Positions 25,960 to 39,402 of a stretch of 64,000 bases of DNA are shown piece after piece; the first letter of the stretch is position 1; each line of letters starts with the position of its first letter. Position numbers and translations under genes: made by a program. Where the stretch lies: NCBI GenBank assembly GCA_002633005.1, contig NMRA01000019.1, positions 646,343-710,342 on the forward strand. The letters run 5' to 3'. The DNA comes from Phoronis australis (taxonomy: Eukaryota > Animalia > Phoronida). Below the pieces are notes generated by a model. That model was not told where the DNA came from and did not search any database. It saw only the letters and a list, made by a program, of their open reading frames with translations.

Positions 25960-26950
25960 CACTCATATAGGCCTAATAGTTGAAAAATCGGCTTAGAAGT
26001 AATCCTTTTGGTCCGAACTTTTGGGTATAAATAAGTAGTTTACCCAATAATAAAACAATGTTTTTAAAATTTTCCTTTTTATCAAGAATGCCAATGATAA
26101 CGTTGTTGCAGTCGGAGAGATTGCCGACACCGCACTGGAGATTTGCTTTGTTTAAAATTTCATTATTAACTTTTCAGTCCAAAATGAATTTACTATAAAT
26201 TTCACATCCCCAAAATACGTATTTCAAAGTCTCTTTCGATTGTCCACAAAAGGACAAGAGTCGTCATCCGTAAATTGAATTATTTTTAAAAAGGAATTAG
26301 TAGTCAAAATTCTCGTCAACATTCTGAACTGAAGCCATCTAATTCTTGGGTCTTGTTGAGTTATATAAAAGGGTAGAAACATCTTCCCATGAAAAATTAT
26401 TTGCATTTACGTTAAGTTCTTTGGCCCATTTTGACTTCGCTTTTGATTCTTCGGAACTATAATTTAATTGTGTACAGATATGTTGACACCCTCTCCCACC
26501 ACTTTTCAGTTTCATTAAAACCTTTGGCATAACAGGACAATACGCATCCAAACTAACAACTCTTTCAATACCACATTCTGTTGGTACTTAAATGTCACTG
26601 AAATTAGACTATTATACTCCATAAAGTTTGTTTTGATACCTAAAACATCCCCAACTATAAATCTATACTTCAAAATATCACCGTTTATGGAAAACAAGTT
26701 CCTTAAAAAGACTAAGCCTCCATGGCACCAATTCCTGCAGAAAAAAACTTTTTGCCCCGGCCTGCAGGTCACTATTAAACCATAAAGGTTGATTAAGAAA
26801 ATCTATCTGATTTTTGATTTTCAAACAATTTCCAAAGGAGAATACAGATTCTGTCCAGAGGTGATTATCAGTATTAGGCAAATTTATCTTGAGAAAGCCA
26901 ACCCCATACTTGGCGAAATTTCTAATCAGGAAAAATCAAATGAAACAAAT
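25960..26950 (-). mobile_element. L1/Tx1-clade LINE 3' relic (zf-RVT region)
   Basis: FLNQPLWFNS; DPRIRWLQFRMLTRILTTNSFLKIIQFTDDDSCPF..KETLKYVFW, resembling the zf-RVT consensus. Many frameshifts. Confidence 0.8.
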
Positions 26951-28804
26951 GGGCCATCTTGGACTGACCGCGGATGATCGTGTTCCCGTTTTCTTTTTTT
27001 TTTAGTCCTCGGAGACGGAATTTGCGCACAGAAGGTCCACATCCCTGCCCCCGCAACTTTCTGGCCCCTGTGCACATACAATCGTGCTTTGCCAAATTCC
27101 CCGAGGCAACATACAATATATATGGTATCCTAGATCCGTCACTGCACTCAGTCACCAGCTGCTGTACTAATTTCGTCCCGTGTATTAAAAACGGGTGGTA
27201 GGCGAAATCCGCTCACTTATTAAGAGTTTTCACCTCGTCGATTTTCACGGATATATAATATTCAAGTTATGTTGGCTAAATTGTATCCGGAGTCATGGTA
27301 TGTGTTCCCTATGAGCATCTATGCATCTTTCATTCTGTTTTATTTGGTATGTTTTGAAATGAGTAACTTTTTATTGGGATGTACTGTCGCCCGTATGCCT
27401 GTGTCGGCATTCTGGGCGATTGCCTAGCCTCCGTATAGTGATGGCGTTCACTGTTCTATAGGTGCCGAATTTTTCATTCTTGATTTACTCGAGTTATCAT
27501 CCATTTGTGTACTTTCCAATACGTCGCTCACATTTTATATTATCAATATTTTAAGCAAAAGACACTTCACGCGATTTTTCAATAATTTGAAAAATCGGAC
27601 AATCATGATCGTCTCGAAGATAAGTCTCTACACTAGCTGCGATCTTAATAAACACCACTTAATAGGTTGGTAGACAGTTCTTAGTATCCCAAAGTTTCCA
27701 ATTCCGCCATCATCATCAATTTGACACTAGTGTTAGAGCTCAGTAGACGCAAAAGTATACCGCTAGTTCGGAAATACGGGAATTCGCAATGAACCGAAGC
27801 ACGTGATCACAATACCTTCCTAATTGAAACCCTTTATTCCACGAAACTCTACCGGTATCTTCATTATCTAATATGTCACAGATTTTCACAATGTTGTTGA
27901 GATTTCTCAGTGGGGCCCGCTGGCGACCACGACCTGAGGGGGTTAGATTCGTCTCATGTGCCATGGGATCATCTGGTGCGGCACGATTATTGGGTCAGTC
28001 TTAGACGGAACCTCTGGTATCTAATGTAGCTCAAAATTTCTATGGCATAGGCCTACCGTGGTTGTGATTTTTGAGGGTTTCTGCCGGGCACAACGGGCGG
28101 ACCAGTGACATCTCAGTGTCATTGTCAATTGCATAGTTGGAATTGGTTTTTGCGGTACTTCGAATGTACGAACTAGATCATTTTTGGGGGTCTTTTTTGG
28201 TTTCTGCCGGACCCATTTCAGAATGCAATTTGTCTGTCATGGGTCATTCGGTGTTCAATGCGGTAGGCCTACCATTCTCTTTTAAATCACTTTTGGCCGG
28301 CCGGGTTGAGGCATTGGCCTACCTCGATATCTATAGTCTAGCTCATTTTGCCCTTTAAAAGGACCCAAGTTGGTGTCACACCCAGAGTTCAGACAACGGA
28401 AGACGTCCATTTCTGTACATACTGAGATATACTCTAAATGTCCCCGTATTCAGGTGTTGGTACCTCGTTCATCTATCGCTAAGGTCTCTGGTCAGGTCTA
28501 GTCAGTGGCATACTTCCTAATCGCGCACGCTCGTTAGGTGTCGCTACAGTCCATGAATTTGGTGGTGGCCAATGTGCAGGAAGTTGAGGTACTCTTCGTT
28601 CACTTAGGATTTGCAAAAAATGGCTGAAGCATCCATTTTTCGCGTGATTTCTATTATCTGAGAGTTTTGGCAGTCTGAATCCCTCATTCTCAGTACGTTG
28701 TAGTTCAGTGTAGTTGTAATCGCTTGCAAGTGGCTTTACCTTTGGTCTTGCACTCGTCTCATGTAGTCGATATATAGTCAGCCTCTGCTGACTCAACTCT
28801 GGAT

Positions 28805-28885
28805 CACAGGCGTCCTCAGCTTCTGATCGTCCGCAATACAGTATTATAGTGTATTGGGGACGATCAGAAGCTGAGGACGCCTGTG
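28805..28885. mobile_element. 81-bp fold-back miniature element with 8-bp TSD
   Basis: Two 39-bp arms (CACAGGCGTCCTCAGCTTCTGATCGTCC.CAATACA.TA, 2 mismatches) around a 3-nt loop, flanked by CTCTGGAT at 28797-28804 and 28886-28893. Confidence 0.88.
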
Positions 28886-29274
28886 CTCTGGATAGAGACG
28901 ATGGTCATTGTCTAATATAGACATAGACGTAGGTATGCCTGTGAAATGCTGATGGTTTTTAAGTAGGCCTAGCCCACTGAACTTCCGTTAGGCCTACTGC
29001 AAGATAAGCTATGTGCAAGATATTTGAAGTCTTTGGCTTCGGTAATACTGTTCACATGTTCTCGTTTTTGTACACCAAGACTCCACATAGCCAGGTAGGC
29101 AGTTTCAATGTGTTGCCTATCCAAGATATAGGCCCTACAATACAATAGGCCCTACGCTGAAAGCCTTTCTGTGAAGTGCATATGTCATCCAATGAGAACT
29201 TTTTGTGTTTTTCAGACTGATGCGCAGATGTCACTGGAAGTATAATAGAGCCATTGCACAAGTTAAGAGCTAAA

Positions 29275-32200
29275 ATGATTGTTAGAGTTGTCTCTGCAGC
29301 CATTTTCCTTCTCAGTTTATCAACTACTAGCAGTCTGCAGTACAGTAACACCACCATCAAAGTGACTCTTGAGTGTACTAGTGCTGTAGTGAACACAGTC
29401 AGATCAGAGTTCCTCAGCTTGGCGATCGGTTGTTCTCTCATCAGGGACAAGTGGAAACGATTTAACTTCAGGTGACTTAAATTAGTAACCTTTAGGTGTC
29501 ATGAAAACTAGCTGAGCCTCTGTTCAACTGTATTACCAGTTATGACTCCGTGGAACTCTCGATTTTGAGACTGTCTGCCTCATTCCCATATGACATGTAG
29601 TTTTTAAAAAATGGATAAAATTCCCCTCATCAAGAACCAAAATTCCCTCCAATGATTAAATGTTACTCTCAAGGTTAGAATCACTTCTTCAAGAAAACAT
29701 GGCCGTCTGGTTTTGACTACTTCAGGCTATTGTTGATGAGAAGTAGCAACCAGTGGTGGAATTGGTGGTGACCAGAGGGATATTCTTCGCAACCAAAAAT
29801 ACCCCCTGAGAAGGCATAGGGCACCTTTCCCTTCATTCTATTGGAGTCATTTGAACTTTTTCAAGTTTCAAACACTTGGCTTGCCAGACTTGGTAAACAA
29901 TTAAACAATTCATTCCCCTCAGTGTCTGAAGTCCAAGGTCCGTAAGTTGGGGTAGGTTTTTACGTGGACGGCCACTTAACAAGTGTGCAGCAGTTTGTTT
30001 ACGTTAACAGCTTTGAATTTGATTTACTGCAGTGATAAGCCCTCTGGCTGTCTGTGAGTGGGATGTTTCTGAGTATTCGGTTATTTAAACTGTTGCATCT
30101 TTCTCATATAATTTTGATATTTATTTTTGAATTATCTTATGTCGACCACGACCATATGTTTTTGGTCAAAATCTACTCAAATTCAAGATACGCCTACATA
30201 TCCACATTAAAACAAGGTACACATTCCGATGGAATTGTATCAATGCATGTAAAGTTAATGTTATTACAATTCGTTTACTTTTCGTGGGCTTTAGAGTGAA
30301 TTTTTTGAATTGTCACAACAAGACTTCGGCTGCTTTCCAGAAAATCTTACACATTACTGAGCATGCACAAATTCGACTTCCCAAAAAAAAAGAAGTAAAG
30401 GAGTCCTTCAATACTTGGATTTTTTGTTATGGGACCCCTGACAGTGTAATGAATAAAATTGTTACACACCACGCATCACTACCGAGAAACAAAGCTAGCA
30501 GTACAGATGTGCCAGACACTCTCAGCACTCTTTAGAATAGTCCATTGAAGGACACTACTGTCTGTGACCTGGCATACAGATGTTTTCACGCTGGGTCTTA
30601 GTTAACGGTTGTGTAAACAACCTACCCTAGTGGACTGAGCTCAGACCCTGAGCGAAATGTGATTTCGCGAACCGAACGAGGTAGATTTTGAAATTATTAG
30701 AATTTACTTTGAAACTAACTTTGTGTATGTTAGTGTTCTCCGTACACTTCCAAAGACTAGGGTCCAGTGGACCCACCATCCAAAAATGTTGGGGCCCATG
30801 AAAGCGCTCCAGAAATCCTTTTACTAACTCATCTATGACTCACATTGTTTCTTGGAAAAAGGAAGCATCTGTAAACTCATTAGAGATTCTTTAATTCATC
30901 TGTGTCTATGGGACGTGAATCAGTTTTGCTTGTGGATAATTTGCATGCAAATCCTTTACCATGAGCAGATTAAAGTTTTCGTCTTGTAGCTCTCCCCGTA
31001 TGCAGACCCTGGCCAAAGCACTTTCGCCTGCCTTCTTGCGACTGGGTGGTACTGATTGTGACTTCTTGGTATTTCAGCCAGATTTTTACTCTAGGAAGAA
31101 TCTCACCAATTTCACAATGACAGGTATGGTGAAAGGTTTTCTGAAAGTTTACAGAAAATTTAAGGTTTGTTTTTGACAGTTGCACTGTGTTCTCCTTTCC
31201 CTCTCAATTTTAGAGTTTGCCATTTTCTGATGCGAGAAACTCGTTTCAAATTTCTTTACTTGTTGATTTATATTGCACTTAAATGTATTAGGTTTGTTGA
31301 ATTGCATCTGTTTATAATTGGGTGTCTGTCAATCAATTGATTTTTCATAAAGTCTTTGAAAGTTTAACCTTACCCATGAGCGTTGACGCCCAGTGGGAAC
31401 TCAAAAATTATGAGTGGACGTTAAGCCGAGCAGATAGGCATTTAAGAGCGAAAATTTTGAGAAGTCTCGGGTGGGCGTTTACCAGTCAGAGCGGTTGATT
31501 CAAGTTCTGTCCAGGGAGGTACATGTAGGTCGCACTCTCATCCAACAGTAAACATAGTATGAGAGTGCTGATATTTCCTGCTGCTGTTCAACCTCTAGTG
31601 AGTATGGTGCATTTTGAGAGCATGTGAGACGGGTGTTCCCATGCAATGATGTGGCCACATTCAAGGAAGTCTTAATGATTGTATAAAGTGGAGTGTGTAT
31701 TCAGTCGATGATGGATGTTTCACAGTAAAATATTGGAAATTTTGTCGTGGGTGTCAATGCAGATGAATATGGCAGGTCTTGGCTGACATTGCAAAACACA
31801 ATACTCTATTCACTGTAGGAGACGACTGGATCTCGTTTAACAAGTTTAGTCAGAAAATGGGCTTCAAGCTTCTTTTCGGTGTCAATGTATTACTACGCAA
31901 CAGTAAGAAAGCCTGGGACTACTCAAATGCTAAAGAACTACTGGACTTCAACAGCAAACTGGGCTTTCCTGTAGACTTTGAACTGGGCAATGGTAACAAG
32001 AGATGAGCATTTAAAACTGTATCTTGATTAGTTTTGTCACTACTACCTTGATTGTCTGTTTTTTTCACAGTTTTTAGGTTTTCACTGTTTTTCCTTTTTG
32101 TCTACATTGATATAAACGGGAAAGACTGTGAGTGCATTCGGAGGCCCAAAAATATGTATCTTTAAGATAAAACATGTTTGATCCTGTTTATCACCTCAAA

Positions 32201-35200
32201 AATATGTTCATGAGCTCTGCCTGGACATGGCACAATCATTAAACTATATGTAAGTTCACGTTATTTCTCAAACTGAACTAGATGTGAAGTCAAAGAGAAA
32301 AAGCAAACTAAGCTTGTCATTGATCATCATTTGTGTCCCACCATAATAGTCACTCTAATTGTGGGCCCAAAATATGCACGCACAATAGACTGTTTATATA
32401 TGGCCAGACAGGCAGACAATCGAGCCCTGGAAATTCGTGGTAAAGGTTGTCAAGAAGATTGGAGATTGCAATCTATTAAATGCCTTCTATTCCTCTGATT
32501 CTCTATTGGTTTTTCGTAATGAATGTATTTGGAATATTTAAATATTGAGTGAAAAGACAGTCTAATGTCAAGTATTTCTTAAGACTCCAGTTGACTGTGT
32601 TGCGTTATGTACCTCCTTCACACCACTGGTTTCGTTAATTCCAGAGCCAAATTTATTCAACCACGTATCACCGTTGTCCATTCCCCCTGAGATGCTTGGT
32701 CGTGATTACAAAACATTTAGGACCCTGTTGAAGTCTTACCCTCTCTACAGTAATAGTAAAGTAGTGGGACCTGCTACCACACGCCCTCCTGTGGATGAGT
32801 TAGGAATTAATCCAGTGCAATATCTCAACAGGTAGGTGGCATGAGATGTTTTTTGAGAAAAATTGCATAATGCAATAATGTTGGCATATTGACTTTCACC
32901 TCTGGAAACGATAATTAGCATATGTGACAATTTGGTTGAGTTCGTGAGCAATAGCTATTCGCTCATTTTTCCTCAGAGCCACTTCTTTCACTTTGTACCC
33001 ATGCTCGACTTTTCGCCACTCGGTTCCTTGTAAGCAAATGAGAAATTTGACTTAGGTATTGCGATAACCTTATTTTGTAGCTAATCAAATGAACGACATC
33101 AAAAAATAGTATCTGTCTCCTGGACTTAACTTTAGGTTTTCTAAAATGGAAATTTATTAGTATTTGTCAGAATGTAAACTGACAATGTTTTTAGTTGTAT
33201 TGTTTTGTTTTGTTGTTTTGTTTGATTGGCATGTCCCCTGAGTTAAATACAGTGATGATGTAATTTGTTTACTTCAGAATAGTATGGAAATTTCTAGAAG
33301 ACTCTAACATGACAGTGTTTAATGCAGTCTGGAATATTCTAGATACTAGTATAGGTTTGTATCTCTTAAACCCCTCACAGGATCTTGATGAGATGTGGCA
33401 GATCTGTTCCTGCGAATTTGGGACGACTCTCCGACTACTGGTGTGCCCACTAATGACAATTTTTGTTTTTTTTACGTTTACCTCTGTATCTTCAGAGGTC
33501 CTCAACAGAATTTCCTAAAATTTGGCAGTTAGGCATCTATTGGTGAGATGACACTAGCCTCCCATTTTCAGAAGTTCCTTGGCAAATTTGTTTGAAATTT
33601 GGTAAATAGCTTTGATGACGTATACCATTTTTCAGATGGATTTGACGTGTTTTGTGCCATCTAGTGGCCATTTTTATGATACAAATAAACACACTTAGAA
33701 GCACACTGTTTGTGGTGCATTGATGGGTGCATTTCAACGCTCCGTGTTGCTCTTGTTTTAATTTTTGTGCTCCACCTACTCATGTCAATGCAGCGCTCCC
33801 TGGTGGTTATTTATGGAAGCAGCATCATTGCTACTGTTGATGGGCTACTTTTCATGTTTACAGTTTTCTCCAGGAAGCAGCTGATACAGTTGATGCAGTC
33901 ACTTGGCACCAGTAAGAAAGTTTACTTTTTAAACTTGCGACACATGATGGGCTCTGATTTATTATAGCATATCATTTTATGACAATTCTAAAAAAATGAG
34001 GCATTGTAATAAATAGGAGCCCACATTGCCTTCCATTATGATTACAATCCTGGGCTAAATCAGGTTATTGTAACAAATTGGGGTCCTGACCAGTATAATC
34101 AGCCAAATTGGATCTGGGTCTACCTCCTGGCTGGAAAGTGCAAGTATCCCAGGCCTTCTAGCTGATCTTCGAACTGGCTATGAGACTAACCCCTGAGCTG
34201 TTTGTGGGAGTACCCCGTCTGATCTGGATCTGAGAGTACCCCCAAACTGCTTTTGGAAACACCACCAAATGTGATTTAGGGATCTGGCTATGGGAATACC
34301 CCAATCTGGTTTAAATGTGTATAGACAAAAAGTTACCTTAAGAATCACTGCGTCGAACATCAGGCAAGTAGAAAAATTCTGAGAATATGACCTCTCACAG
34401 AAGTCAGATTTTTTGTTATCTGATTTCTTTATGTGTTGACCTCTCTTTGAAGATGACATTATTCTCATTGTTTTAAAAATCAGTGAAATCTAGCTTTTGC
34501 CGTTGAATGTCCAGAGTGAATCTATAAATCTATTCGCAAGCCACTTTGATCCCACATTTCAACATGGGTTTAAAGTTGTCTCTTATTAATGTCTGTTTGC
34601 TGCGTAGCAAAAGATTATCTTCAAAACAAAGACAGGGAAATCCTTATATTTTTTTAAAATTCCATCAACTACAACAAAGTTAAAAATTCCTCGAAAGTGT
34701 CTTTTGATTTATTTGTTATTTGTTAGTGAGTTTTGATTTTGTCACCTTACTTGCCATTGGAAGTCAGCCTGGCAGATATTTTGATAGGAATTTGATTGAC
34801 TGGTGCTCTTCATTTAACAGATTTAGCCGAGCCAGTAGATACCCTTAGCTGCTCCTTCCCTGGTGGCATTGAATGACACTACAATACTTCCATCTCTAGG
34901 CCAGACTGTACAGTGACGGTCACTCTTTTTCTGATGCCTGCACTGTAGTACAGGTGGTTTTAAGTGGGAGTACCACATCAAGTGTCCATTATGGTCACAT
35001 GACTGAGTGATTCCTCACCCATTCTGTCCATGTTCAGGACAACATTAAAATACAGTATTTTTTTATTTGCAGTAGTAATGTCGCTTAATGCTGCTGGAAC
35101 ACTTTCTGTTGGCTATGTCATGAAAAATTTAGCTTAGTCAAATCTGTAACTTGCTCAGTGGTAAAAAGGATTATCAGTATGCTGGAGAAAATATTGTGCT

Positions 35201-38200
35201 TCAGGGTTGTGTTATATAATTTCAGGAATCCGCGCAAGGACAAAATTTTTAGTGGATATTCCCATTTAGGTGTACCGTAGATAGCACTATTAGGTGCTAA
35301 CAATGTAAAACTTAATGCTGTGTCTTGTTTTCTAGGTATTACCTCAATAGCAGAACTGCAACTGCTGAGAACTTCACCAGCGTCAAGGTGTTGAACCTAC
35401 TTCCTAAACAAATAGCTTTTATTCAAGAAGTAGTTAATAGACAAAAACCAGGAGCTGAAATATGGCTGGGTGAGACCGGCTCTGCTTTTGGGGGTGGAGC
35501 TAAAGGCCTGTCAGACAAGTACATTGCTGGATTTTTGTGAGTACTGTGTGTGGGAGGTGCTGTTGGTGTAAATTAAAACTTGGAGGCAGAATAAGCTTAA
35601 ATCAGGTGTCTGTTTTTTGTAGAGAAAAAAATCGAATCAAATACTGGAATTTGCTTACTTGAGTTAGCAACGTTGTGTCCGTCTCTCACGGACTTTAGCT
35701 TTTCTAGTGATGTTATGATTGTTTTGGTTAATATGTGGCGTTTCTACCAGACGGCGTGGCATTGAGGTCAGGCCACTATCCCATTAGTGTGACAGATGAA
35801 ACCTTAATCATCCTCGTTTACTCAGAGAGGGCATCTCGATGCGTTCATGGAGAGCTTCATTGACACTTCTTCTCAACCAGTCATCTTTGGGGTAATGTCA
35901 AGAGCAAGAATCCCAAGGGTAGTCTATCGTGTTAGTGTAAGCCCCCCCCCAGTGCTGAGACAGCTATATAGGTGAAACAAAACGGTCCATAAAAATACGT
36001 ATGTCACATCGTCGCCCTAGTTACGGGGACACGTATGGCTCGGCTATTTTTAGCCACCTATGTGCCACTGGACATAATTTTAATATTGATGATGTCACTA
36101 TCCTAGACTGTGAGGAAGATTGGTTCAGAAGGGGTGTCTAGGAAACTCTTTATGAACGCATTGAGAAGCTCTCTTTGAATAAATGAGGTGAATAGTGGGA
36201 TAGTGACCTGACCCCAATGCCGCGTCGTCTGGTTTAAACGTCACCTATTAGTCAGAACAACAATAACACCACTAGCCAAACTGAAGTTCGTGAGAGACGG
36301 TCGCAATGTCGCTAACTTCAGTAAGCAAAATATTCCAGTATTTGATTCAATTTTTCTGTATTTTGTTACCTCAACTGCATGTCTCAAAACTTTCAAGCTT
36401 TGATCTCTTTTTTGTATTCACTTTACTTTAATCTCTTTGGATTTGCCAAGTTGTAAATTAACGTTTGCTTGCAGACTTATATAAGTGATATATATGTTAT
36501 GAGCCCACCAGAACCAGCTCTGTGAATTGTGTAAGTCGTTGTAGACAAACCCAGGAGCATAGTCAGATCAGTATCAAAATACTGTTGATGAAGTTATGTT
36601 GGTTGCCATTTATGAGTCAGAACAACTTGACTCTTAGCTCTTTCTTTTGCATTGAATAAATATACTTTTTCACTTAGGTGGCTGGACAAATTGGGAGTTG
36701 CGGCACAGCAGGGTTTGGATTTAGTAATGCGTCACTCACTTTATGGAGGCTACTTTGACCTGATCGACTCCAACTACAATCCTAAACCTGTAAGTACTAT
36801 AATTTGATTACATTACACTAATGTGTGTCTTGTTGGTAAAGCATGCAGTTCTAATTGTCAAAAAGTGTGATTGTGTACAATGTAAACTGTTGCTACTGAG
36901 TTTGTCAAGGTTGGCTTCCTGGATGTTTAAACTACGCAATTCTTGATATAACTTTTGAATTAGAATGCATGTTTTTGTATTGCTACTAATAGTTTCGAGT
37001 ACAATCAGATTTAGAATTATCAACATCTTGTTAAAGTCAGTTTGTTTGTTTTAATGAGTAATCAGAAATAGTATCAAATAAGTTTCGGTATTGAATTGGC
37101 ATGGTATGGTTAACATTCTCTTCATCAAATATTGGTACCCAACTCTAGCTGTGATTGTTTTAAGGAATCAAAAATTTCAACTGTATAGAATGTGAGTGAA
37201 CTTACAGCCAAACACGGGAGTTAAAAGTGAGTAGGCATTCAGACAAACATGGCAAAATTACATTTATTTAACAACCACATTTATGTCCATTTTCTGACGT
37301 GGTTACAATGAAACAACCTGTGTTGCTGGATGGGGAGTTTCTTGGTTACTTTAAGTGGGTGCCCAACCCCTGGTTCCCCAAAATCTACCTATGACTCATA
37401 AGTGGCCGTATGAAGGGAAGTTTTGTACTAACAATGTATTGATTTTTTCCTTGTTTAGGATTACTGGCTGTCACTGATCTACAAACACTTGGTGGGACAA
37501 CAGGTGTTGGCACTGGCCCAGACATCTACATCCCAGAATATTCGCTTTTATGCTCATTGTATGCGCAGGTTGGTGATGTGTCCTTTATAGTTATGTTAAT
37601 GTATGCGCAGGTTGGTGATGTACCTTTAGTTATGCTCAATGTATGCGCAGGTTGGTGATGTACCTTTTGTTATGTTAATGTATGTGCAGGTTGATGATGT
37701 ACCTTTAGTTATGCTTAATGTATGCACAGGTTGGTGATGTACCTTTTGTTATGTTAATGTATGCGCAGGTTGGTGATGTGCATTTAGTTATGCTTAATGT
37801 ATGCGCATGTTGGTGTAGTATTTTGTTAAAGGTTGCCTTGTAGGTTGTTGTTGTTGATGTGGTCAACTTTTATGAAGCATTAGTTACTGTTCATAGAGTT
37901 TTCTTCAGTCGCTATGAGGCAGTAGAGGTGATTGGTGTTACCATGTTTTTTCTTGTTGCAAGAGTGGAATGTAATTTTCTCAGTTCCAGTAACATGCAAT
38001 GCTTCACCCTTTAAATGATTTTATCTTACATTTTGCTTATTCGTTTCCTTAGTCACTTAGGTGGTGTAGTCCTGTATGGCCTAAATCTGGACAAGAATTC
38101 ACCAGCATCAATCACACTCACTGGGCTTATATCTGGCAATGATGTCTACGAGTATTTGCTTGAACCTACAGATGGTAGTCTCACATCTGAGTAAGTAGAT

Positions 38201-39402
38201 ACCAAGTATAGTTTACAGTGCACGCCGGAAGATCGTACAGAGAGTATGAGTTAGTGTGCATCAAGCTGTCCAACAGGAAGTGGTCATGTTTTAAATAAAG
38301 TTTGGCCTAATGAGGAGAGTACAACTGGTGTTGATTTTTGAAAAGATCTGACGACTGTAGAAATGTTGGATAAATGTGCGCCTCTTATTTCTTTACCATT
38401 TGCGATGCAATGCTGTGCTTTCTTGTGATTGCCAGTGCCAACTTGCTTCTGTTGTGTGGTGGGACATTCAAAGGATTAACGCAAAGAAATATCCAACAAC
38501 TCAAAATGTACTTTAGTGAGAAATCGCGTTTCTTCCCTGTCGACTAAAAGCTAAGAGTTTTCTATTGGTGTTTTGACCTTAACTTTGTGGTGCTTCTGAA
38601 GAGAGGGCCCTTCGTATCATCTGAACGGACTCCCACATGACCTTATAAGGCGATCTTGGATTACACAGGGATAGAGTTTTCCGTTGTCTCAGATGTAAGA
38701 TAGCACATTGTTTTTATTAGGCCTCGTTTTGGAATTTCAGGCACACCATCAAGGTGTGTTGCCACTGACATATTCCTGATTTCAACAGTTTGAAAGAATC
38801 AGCAATGAATTTGCACTGTCCACTCGCCCCGCATTTTCTTGTCTTTGATTGATATTGGGAAGGCGGAGAACTTACCATCAAGCATCCACAGATTTTTCAT
38901 GTTTATTCAACTGTCGCCTACAGAGCAGTAATACTTTTTGGCATTAGGAGGACGACTAGAGTAATGGAGCCGATAAAAACTTGTAAGAAGAGGACAACGA
39001 AGAGCACGTGAAACTCCATTGGCACAAAAACAAGTCTTCAAACGTGCTTACCAGATATTACAGTATTGTGTGAGATTTGAGTTTTGCTGTGTAATCCAGG
39101 ACCGCCCTATTGTAAGTATTTCCACATATTGGACTACAGTGTCACAACTGCCTAGTAATTTTAATTTCTCATAACTTTTGTCACAGGTAAAGAAAGCATA
39201 TTTGTAAATTATTTTGCATGATTGTTCTTTTTCTTGTTTCAGCCATGTGTCACTGAATGGTAATATGTTAGTGATGAAGGACGACCACACTTTACCTGAC
39301 ATTATTGGTCGACCTGTCAGTGGTACAATTACCTTGCCACCTTCAACATTTGCGTTCTACACTGTGCCAGATGCCAGACTGAGGACGTGTGGTCCTACTT
39401 AA
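29275..39402 (+). CDS. HPSE: Heparanase-like GH79 glycosidase, copy 2, 10 coding exons, 486 aa
   Basis: Exons 29275-29471, 30990-31123, 31819-31992, 32645-32831, 33864-33911, 35336-35536, 36678-36789, 37459-37568, 38053-38190, 39243-39402. Same exon lengths as copy 1, open frame, both catalytic Glu kept ([20 protein letters not shown]). About 40 aa differences by manual count. Confidence 0.95.
33355..33757 (+). mobile_element. Truncated copy of the Helentron-type element in intron 4 of copy 2
   Basis: cgactactggtgtgccc...ttttacgtttacctctgtatcttc and the terminus gcatttcaacgctccgtgttgctcttgtt match 3697-5375. Confidence 0.75.
35621..36395 (+). mobile_element. Penelope-like retroelement 3' fragment (GIY-YIG endonuclease) with inverted terminal segment, intron 6 of copy 2
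   Basis: VVYRVS...[15 protein letters not shown] and [29 protein letters not shown] match the Penelope endonuclease C-terminus. A ~80-bp inverted repeat (35623-35700 vs 36281-36357) fits the inverted pseudo-LTR pattern. Confidence 0.82.
37549..37818 (+). repeat. ~40-bp minisatellite x7 overlapping the exon 8 donor of copy 2
   Basis: Unit tatg(c)ttaatgtatgcgcaggttggtgatgtacctttagt. Confidence 0.9.

Noticed and set aside
24877-25983. Repeated ORFs suggesting a tandem gene pair
   Set aside because: Explained by the 301-bp overlap duplication around n25322; peptides unrecognisable.
27200-28800. Possible gene or viral relic between the heparanase copies
   Set aside because: Only short ORFs with no consistent splice pattern or recognisable motif.
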